A stretch of DNA of 64,000 nt from an uncultured Candidatus Saccharibacteria bacterium (lineage in GTDB: Bacteria > Patescibacteriota > Minisyncoccia > Phycocordibacterales > UBA1006). The translations under genes were made by a program, and so were the position numbers. The notes beneath the pieces were generated by a model, which worked only from the letters and a program-made list of their open reading frames with translations, did no database searches and was not told the DNA's origin. Positions 57,945-64,000 of the stretch are shown here, one piece after another. The number at the start of each line of letters is the position of its first letter. The stretch's first letter is position 1. The DNA is taken from assembly GCA_964350165.1 (NCBI GenBank), contig CAYGJA010000004.1:7638-71637 (forward strand). Direction: 5' to 3'.

Positions 57945-58550
57945 CTAAACAGCATAGTTTTTCTTGAGTTCCTCAAGCGCCTCCGCTACGTATACTTCGC
58001 TCTCCCCCGTCGGTTTGACCTGCAGAAGTGCGACAGCCAACTCAAGAGCGGTTCTAACAAGTTCCGGTTTGAAGTTATTCTTTGTACAAAGACGAGCATC
58101 CAGACTGTTGCTTAGGCGCGCCCACAGCGCAAGAATTTTTTCCGGGCTTTCTTGAGCTTCAAGCAGTTGATGCATTATCATTTGTCCAACACTCTGACCG
58201 GCGGCATCTGCTTTTTCAACCACCTCTGGCCCAAATTTTTTCAGAAGTTCCTCCCGAAGTTCAGCAGATCCCTCCTGTGTTATTTTATGCCACTGATTCT
58301 TGTCTACCCACTTTGCCAAAAGCTCCATATCTGCGTTCGACGCCTCATTACGACCAAGGCGCCATTCTGCAGCAGCAATCTCTTGATATTCTTCCGAAGT
58401 CAAAAACCCCTTTTCCTGCTGCGCATATGCAAAACCTAGGGCTTTGGCAATATTTCTTTTGGAATATCGTTGTTCTTGTTCTAGTGGGTTACCACCGTCT
58501 GACTCAACAACAGGTTTATTAGCACCAAATGGATCGAATTCTTCATTCAT
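57945..58550 (-). CDS. Hypothetical protein
   Basis: Helical ORF downstream of tRNA-Phe; start set at MNEEFDPF. Confidence 0.7.
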   Translation of the reverse strand: MNEEFDPFGANKPVVESDGGNPLEQEQRYSKRNIAKALGFAYAQQEKGFLTSEEYQEIAAAEWRLGRNEASNADMELLAKWVDKNQWHKITQEGSAELREELLKKFGPEVVEKADAAGQSVGQMIMHQLLEAQESPEKILALWARLSNSLDARLCTKNNFKPELVRTALELAVALLQVKPTGESEVYVAEALEELKKNYAV

Positions 58551-58743
58551 GTTGATATTTAACGTAATTATTAATAAACACATTAATTATGTTAACACAT
58601 GGCCGTTTATCGAAAAGATCACTTCACCCTAGATTAAGAACAGAGTAAGGCGCACTGCGATACCCTATTCACCAAGAATTGTTAGTGAAACGGTCTTTGG
58701 AGGGCGGACTTGCCCACATGTTCTCAAGAAATATATTCCTTTG

Positions 58744-58817
58744 TGCTTGGGGGCGGACTCGAACCGCCGACCCTTCGCTCTTCAGGCGAATGCTCTAACC
58801 AACTGAGCTACCCAAGC
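58744..58817 (-). tRNA. tRNA-Phe(GAA)
   Basis: GCTTGGGTAGCTCAG...TTCGC-CT GAA GA-GCGAA...GGTTCGAGTCC...CCCAAGCA. Confidence 0.96.
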
Positions 58818-58820
58818 ATG

Positions 58821-59084
58821 TTATTCGTTATTTTTATCAAACAGACCATTTACCGAATCAATTCCCCCCTGGATGCCTTGGTAGGTGTCTTGGATATCGT
58901 TCAAATACGGCTGTGCCGCCAAATACCCAAACACACTGAGCCCGATAATCAAAATCCAGTAGAAAATCTTGAAAGCACGCCCCCAAGCCATTCGGCTGTC
59001 TATTTTTTTCAAAATAACACGGTTCTCGTCGACCATATCCTGGAGTTCATCCAGTTGCTTTTGCAGATCGCGATACTCCGTCAT
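58821..59084 (-). CDS. Small single-TM coiled-coil protein
   Basis: 87 aa with one hydrophobic helix; TATGAT 7 nt before ATG. Confidence 0.75.
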   Translation of the reverse strand: MTEYRDLQKQLDELQDMVDENRVILKKIDSRMAWGRAFKIFYWILIIGLSVFGYLAAQPYLNDIQDTYQGIQGGIDSVNGLFDKNNE

Positions 59085-59139
59085 GTGTTATATCATAGCA
59101 AGGAAAGTATTTTTTTTCCAGCAAAAATAGCCAAATAGG

Positions 59140-59211
59140 TGCCCTCGTCAGGAATCGAACCTGAATCTAGAACTTAGGAGGTTCTTGTTCTATCCATTGA
59201 ACTACGGGGGC
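59140..59211 (-). tRNA. tRNA-Arg(CCT)
   Basis: GCCCCCGTAGTTCAATGGATAGAAC; AGAAC-CT CCT AA-GTTCT; GGTTCGATTCC...CGAGGGCA. Confidence 0.95.
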
Positions 59212-59216
59212 CAGAC

Positions 59217-59240
59217 AAAAAGCACCGTAACGGTGCTTTT
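59217..59240 (-). terminator. Hairpin terminator after glutaredoxin
   Basis: AAAAAGCACCGT / ACGGTGCTTTT inverted repeat. Confidence 0.75.
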
Positions 59241-59272
59241 TGTAGAGTAGCGCAGAATTACCCTGGTGACAA

Positions 59273-59530
59273 TTACAGACTCAGAAGCTCGCGCATCTTG
59301 TCTTCGTTGAAACCAATCAGCATCTCTTCTCCAATCATAATCACAGGAACACCCATTTGGCCGCTTTTTTCAATCATTTCGGCTCGTTTGTCAGTGTCTT
59401 CGGCTACATTATAATCGGTATATTCGACGTTGTTTTCCTTCAAAAACTCCTTGGTCATATTGCAATAATGACAAGTCGGGGTTGAGTAGATAACAATTCC
59501 AGCTCCATTATCGTTTTTGTTTTCTTCCAT
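59273..59530 (-). CDS. Glutaredoxin-like (NrdH/YruB) protein
   Basis: YSTPTCHYC, GQMGVPVI, IGFN. Confidence 0.92.
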   Translation of the reverse strand: MEENKNDNGAGIVIYSTPTCHYCNMTKEFLKENNVEYTDYNVAEDTDKRAEMIEKSGQMGVPVIMIGEEMLIGFNEDKMRELLSL

Positions 59531-59607
59531 AAACCAATACTACCCAATTGGGTGCTAATTCTAAATGTGGAGCCAGTATACCATGAGGTGTTTTTATTTT
59601 CTCACTT

Positions 59608-59907
59608 CTATTCGTCGTCAACAATAATGATTAATCGTTCTCCAGGCTCGGCTACTCGATAATGATCTCGCACAAAATAATCAATGCCATCCTCGGAAAC
59701 AAGCGAATCAAGCTCTCCTTCTAGATAGCCCTTTTGTTTGTTCAAATCCCCCAATTCGCTTGCGTACACTGATTGCACTTTTCTTGCCTGGAGATATTTA
59801 GAGCCCATAGTTACCGTGCCACGCACCAATACAAAAGAGGCCACCAACAGCAGTCCGATTACAGTTACTCGACGAATTATCTTGAGTTTGGCTGGTGCGG
59901 TTTCCAT
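59608..59907 (-). CDS. Septum formation initiator (FtsB/DivIC-like)
   Basis: TM plus coiled coil plus VRDHYRVAEPGERLIII. Confidence 0.75.
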   Translation of the reverse strand: METAPAKLKIIRRVTVIGLLLVASFVLVRGTVTMGSKYLQARKVQSVYASELGDLNKQKGYLEGELDSLVSEDGIDYFVRDHYRVAEPGERLIIIVDDE

Positions 59908-59941
59908 AACGTGCTATTATTTTAGCATAACGTTTTTCGCC

Positions 59942-60067
59942 ATGAACATTTTCCGAGCCAAACATCGAAAAAAAGTACAACGAATCTGGGGCTTTATCTC
60001 TGCCCTAGTTATCATTAGTATGATGATTCTCTATTCTGGTTTTGCCACTGGTGGTGGTCTTTTCTAG
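59942..60067 (+). CDS. Small membrane peptide (41 aa)
   Basis: MNIFRAKHRKKVQRIWGFISALVIISMMILYSGFATGGGLF fills the intergenic gap; basic N-terminus plus TM. Confidence 0.6.
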   Translation: MNIFRAKHRKKVQRIWGFISALVIISMMILYSGFATGGGLF

Positions 60068-60081
60068 ACCAAGACAACTGA

Positions 60082-61872
60082 CTATTTTTTCATCATTTTT
60101 AGAAAAACATCCTGCGGGATATTTACACTTCCCTGGGCAGCCATTTTCTTTTTGCCTTTTTTCTGTTTTTCACGCAGTTTCATTTTTCGGGTAATATCCC
60201 CTCCATATAATTTTGCGGTCACGTCCTTGCGAAGTGCTTTTATCGTTCGAGAAGCAATGACTCGTCCAAGAGCAGCTGCCTGAATTTTTATCACAAACAT
60301 CTGTCGTGGCAACAAGCCGTATAATTTTTCTACCGCTTCTTCAGCTTCTATTTCGGCACGCGCCCTTGACACCACCTTGGTAAAAGCGGGCACAGGCTCT
60401 CCACCGACCATTACATCTAACCGAGTAACATCTGCTGTTCGAGAGCCAATTGCTGAATACGAAATGGAGGCAAACCCCGAAGAAACGCTCTTTAATTCAT
60501 CAAAAAAATTCCGCATTAATTCTCGCAAAGGCATATCCACGACCAGCTGTGTTCGCTGATCACCAAAAGTCTCTGAATCAATAATTTCCCCCTCATGATC
60601 GTGCAATATCTGCATCAGACCGCTAAAATATTCGCCAGGTGAAATTATTTTCAATCGCACCCAAGGTTCTTTTATCTCATCAACGGTCCCATGATCAGGA
60701 AAAGCCATGGGCGAGTACACGGTCTCCCAATCTCCCCCCCTAGATTTCACCTCGTAGATAACACTGGGCGACGTAATAATTAAATCCAAATCAAATTCTC
60801 TTCGCAATCGCTCCGTAACAATTTCCAGGTGAAGCATTCCCAAAAAACCAACCCGAAAACCTCGCCCCAAACTACCAGAAGATTCTTCTTCATAAGTAAA
60901 AGAAGAATCAGACAAGCGTAACCTTCCCAATCCAGTGCGCAATTCAACAAAATCATCCTGACTCTCTGGATATATTGAAGCCCATACGACAGGCGTCGGA
61001 ACCTGATATCCGCTCAATGGGCTGGCCGGGGTTTTTTGGAGTGTTACGGTATCACCCACCGAAGCAATACCCGCTTCTTTGATTCCCGTTACAATATAGC
61101 CAATCTCTCCCGGCCCGAGACTTTCGGTCGCAATCGCCCCCGGAGAAAACACTCCGGTCTCAAGGCATTGAAATTTTTTACCCGATACCGCAAACAGCAA
61201 TGTGTCTCCTTTTTTAAAAATACCGTCTTTTACTCGCACATACACAATAACCCCACGATGATCAGAGTACTCGAAATCAAATACCAGGGCTCGATTAACC
61301 TTGTCTTCGGCGTCAATTCTGGGAGCCGGCACTCGAGCGATTACTTCTTGGAGCAACTCCTCTACCCCTTGTCCGGTTTTTCCAGAGGTTTCCAATATGT
61401 CATCCAGTTCGCAATCTAAAAGCTCGGCAATTTCTAGCTTTACATCGTCCACTCGGGCATGAGGTGCATCAACCTTTGATAAAACAGGAATAATAACCAG
61501 CCCCTGCTCTCTCGCCATTCCCAAAGTAGTAAAAGTCTGCGCTTGCACTCCTTGTGTTGCATCTACAAGCAAAATAGAGCCTTCTACGGCCTGCAGGGCC
61601 CGAGACACTTCGTATGAAAAATCAATATGCCCAGGAGTATCAATAAGGTTCAGGACATACTCCTCGCCTGCATTTTGATATTTCATTCGCACTGGTTGCA
61701 TCTTGATCGTAATGCCTCGTTCACGCTCTAGCTCCATATTGTCGAGCACTTGGGCTTGCATTTTTCGAGCCTCGATTGTTTTTGTTTTTTCCAGCATTCT
61801 ATCAGCCAAGGTTGATTTGCCGTGGTCAATATGGGCGATAATGCTAAAATTTCTAATCTGCTGACTCTTCAT
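60082..61872 (-). CDS. lepA: Translation elongation factor 4 (LepA)
   Basis: IRNFSIIAHIDHGKSTLADR, ERERGITIK, DTPGH, GFLGMLH, RKDVTAKLYGGD. Confidence 0.98.
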   Translation of the reverse strand: MKSQQIRNFSIIAHIDHGKSTLADRMLEKTKTIEARKMQAQVLDNMELERERGITIKMQPVRMKYQNAGEEYVLNLIDTPGHIDFSYEVSRALQAVEGSILLVDATQGVQAQTFTTLGMAREQGLVIIPVLSKVDAPHARVDDVKLEIAELLDCELDDILETSGKTGQGVEELLQEVIARVPAPRIDAEDKVNRALVFDFEYSDHRGVIVYVRVKDGIFKKGDTLLFAVSGKKFQCLETGVFSPGAIATESLGPGEIGYIVTGIKEAGIASVGDTVTLQKTPASPLSGYQVPTPVVWASIYPESQDDFVELRTGLGRLRLSDSSFTYEEESSGSLGRGFRVGFLGMLHLEIVTERLRREFDLDLIITSPSVIYEVKSRGGDWETVYSPMAFPDHGTVDEIKEPWVRLKIISPGEYFSGLMQILHDHEGEIIDSETFGDQRTQLVVDMPLRELMRNFFDELKSVSSGFASISYSAIGSRTADVTRLDVMVGGEPVPAFTKVVSRARAEIEAEEAVEKLYGLLPRQMFVIKIQAAALGRVIASRTIKALRKDVTAKLYGGDITRKMKLREKQKKGKKKMAAQGSVNIPQDVFLKMMKK

Positions 61873-61917
61873 GATGTTATGCATACTACCCAACCAAACA
61901 GGGAAAGTATAGAGGGG

Positions 61918-63603
61918 CTAGGATAAATCAGTATCGACTCCGCCAATTTTTTGTTTCCAAAATTTTTTCTTGAGTGCGGCCAAGATCTGCAAGAATTCTT
62001 GATTTCCAATCGCCCAAAAGAGCCAAGCTCCAACCAAGGTCGCCAGCCCTCCAGCCAAAATACCCTGAAGCAAAACGCCGGACAAGACTGCTTGATCAAA
62101 CCATACCGCGCCCAATTGAAGTCCAGAATAAGCCACCGCCCCCATCAATATAGATACTGACAAGCTCTGCAGACCACTTCGGAATATTCCGCTTTGATTT
62201 TCTTTCAAAAACTCTCTTCGAAACAACAACCACATGACAACCGCATTCAGAATAGACCCAGCCGCAAACGCAAAAGCCAACACCAGCACCCTTGTGCCCT
62301 CGACTCCTTCAACCCTCATAAGATGTTCCACAAAAGATGCAAGCTGAGGTGCATGTTCGTATACTCGATACAATAAAAAACCAAGCCCGATGGCAAACAA
62401 AGAAGACACCAGGTTCACAGAAAAAGGACGCCAGGTTTTACCAGCTGCATAATAACCACGCACAAAGAGCAGAACTGCACTTTGTGCAACGACAGCCAAT
62501 ACCAATAACGCAAAAATAGCCGCTGTGAGCCTGGTGTCATCCCAATTAAATTCCCCAGAACCCAAAATCACACGAACAATCTGAGCACGAAGCACAATAA
62601 ACAACACCATGACCGGGAAAGACCAAAACAAAATCTGTTGCAAGGGAGAAATAACATGCTCAACAAAACGCTTCATATCTTTTTTTGCAAACGTTTCCAC
62701 CAAAGTAGGAAAAGCCGCCACAGAAAAAGTCATGCCGATCAAGGCCAAAGGCACTGATTGGATATTTTTAGCAAAAGAAAAAACAGAAACCGCTCCCTCC
62801 CCAACCAAAGAAGCAATCGCGAGCAATACTGCCAGAGTGATTTGAGTTAATGCCAAAGTCAGCGTGCGTGGGATAGATATACCGACCACTCGAGACAGTC
62901 GCTCGCGATTAAAAACAAAACGCAAGCTTGGAATTGTTTTGTATTTTATTAAAACAGGAAGCTGAATAGCTGCGTGCATCATAGCGCCAATCACAACCCC
63001 GGCCACCAAACCGTCAAGACCAAATGCAGGGTACAACACGATTACCCCCAAAATTATTCCAATATTGTATAGAACAGGAGAAAGTCCAAAGGCAACAAAA
63101 GCTCTTCGACTCTGAGTAACTACACCAAAAATATTAGAAATACCTAGAAAAATAGGAGACAAGAGCAATATACGACTAGCTCTAAGTAATTGATCATGCA
63201 TATCTGGAGAAAAGCCAGGTGCAATCAACGTCACCAACGAAGGCATCAAGAAAAATAACACCACCGACAAAACAACCATAAACACAAGAAAAGCCGTGAG
63301 TATTTCTGACAAAAACTTTTTGGCTTCAGCATGATTTTCCGATTCCTTGGTCCACAAATCAGTAAAAAACGGCATGAGTATTGTTACCGAAACTAGAGCT
63401 GCCGCTATGGCGTACAGCAAGTCAGGAATTCGAAAAGAAGCATAGTAGATATCCAATATTTCTCCTGGGCCAAGCTGACTGGCCAAAGTACGATCACGCA
63501 CAAGACCCAATACTTGCGAACCCAGCAGTGTTATTCCCAGCAAAAGAGCCGCCTGATTAATGCTGGCCACGTCTTTATTCAGAAGGGCAAAGATTTTTTT
63601 CAC
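61918..63603 (-). CDS. murJ: Lipid II flippase MurJ (MviN)
   Basis: SQVLGLVRDR, ASFRIPD, PVLYNIGII, RGYYA; about 14 TM helices. Confidence 0.92.
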   Translation of the reverse strand: MKKIFALLNKDVASINQAALLLGITLLGSQVLGLVRDRTLASQLGPGEILDIYYASFRIPDLLYAIAAALVSVTILMPFFTDLWTKESENHAEAKKFLSEILTAFLVFMVVLSVVLFFLMPSLVTLIAPGFSPDMHDQLLRASRILLLSPIFLGISNIFGVVTQSRRAFVAFGLSPVLYNIGIILGVIVLYPAFGLDGLVAGVVIGAMMHAAIQLPVLIKYKTIPSLRFVFNRERLSRVVGISIPRTLTLALTQITLAVLLAIASLVGEGAVSVFSFAKNIQSVPLALIGMTFSVAAFPTLVETFAKKDMKRFVEHVISPLQQILFWSFPVMVLFIVLRAQIVRVILGSGEFNWDDTRLTAAIFALLVLAVVAQSAVLLFVRGYYAAGKTWRPFSVNLVSSLFAIGLGFLLYRVYEHAPQLASFVEHLMRVEGVEGTRVLVLAFAFAAGSILNAVVMWLLFRREFLKENQSGIFRSGLQSLSVSILMGAVAYSGLQLGAVWFDQAVLSGVLLQGILAGGLATLVGAWLFWAIGNQEFLQILAALKKKFWKQKIGGVDTDLS

Positions 63604-63611
63604 AAAAATAA

Positions 63612-64000
63612 TTATTCCAAAGATTCATCTAGGCTAACAGGAATAGGAACTTCTACGGCCGTATCTGGGTCTACGACTTCGGTGGTGTCGGCTGTTTCTG
63701 CAATAGTAGAAACAGGGCTTGTATCTTCTCGAGAATCAAGCTGTTCCGGTCGATTATCCGCTGTTTCATTAGGCTGAAGAACCCCAGAAGCGATGAGGTT
63801 ATCTATAATTTGTTGGGAAGACTCTTTTTCACCAGCCGCATCAAGTGTATAGGCAAGGGCCAAGGCCGCATCTACAGAAGATGGATTGGCGGCAATGGCC
63901 AATTCAAAAATCTGCCGAGAAAGCTCAAAACGACCCTCATTGTAAGCATAAACACCTATCTGCATAATCGAACCAAAGTCTTCGGCAACCCTAATCGCAT
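63612..64000 (-). CDS. TPR-containing protein, C-terminal part (5' end outside window)
   Basis: GVYAYNEGRFELSRQIFELAIAANP...AALALAYTL TPR-like helices; acidic tail. Confidence 0.65.
   Translation of the reverse strand, partial: AIRVAEDFGSIMQIGVYAYNEGRFELSRQIFELAIAANPSSVDAALALAYTLDAAGEKESSQQIIDNLIASGVLQPNETADNRPEQLDSREDTSPVSTIAETADTTEVVDPDTAVEVPIPVSLDESLE

Noticed and set aside
1-64000. CRISPR array, rRNA genes, IS transposases, integrases
   Set aside because: No regularly spaced repeat-spacer array, rRNA-like sequence, or DDE/tyrosine/serine recombinase motifs were recognised.

Overview
Chromosomal segment of a small-genome bacterium, most likely Patescibacteria/CPR (Parcubacteria-like). 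The evidence is gene content (DUF5667 with an ECF sigma factor, TrwB/VirD4-like ATPases, shortened UvrC/PriA/HolB/ValS, a GlmU N-terminal domain alone) and the lack of obvious Shine-Dalgarno motifs. Most of the window is housekeeping: translation (tsaC, ychF, frr, rpsU, ybeY, tsaD, valS, lepA, rlmB), cell wall and division (murA/B/C/D/E, mpl-like, alr, murJ, mreB, ftsA, ftsZ, ftsB-like), redox and transport genes, and six tRNAs (Ala-TGC, Ala-GGC, Glu-TTC, Val-GAC, Phe-GAA, Arg-CCT). Accessory content includes an AT-rich OLD-family ATPase/TOPRIM plus SEC-C/HNH-like pair next to tRNA-Glu, and a 1142-aa secreted repeat protein with a tail-chaperone-like domain. Main observations: (1) two different tRNAs are each followed by the same non-coding architecture (terminator, inverted copy of their own T-arm, structured core, direct copy of their own 3' end); (2) a TANNNT -10 box sits 6-9 nt before many start codons, suggesting widespread leaderless mRNA; (3) a possible host peptidoglycan salvage set, including a sugar-kinase-like gene split at an A8 tract; (4) several Bacteroidota-looking genes. 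All family calls are from motif recognition by eye; no searches were run.
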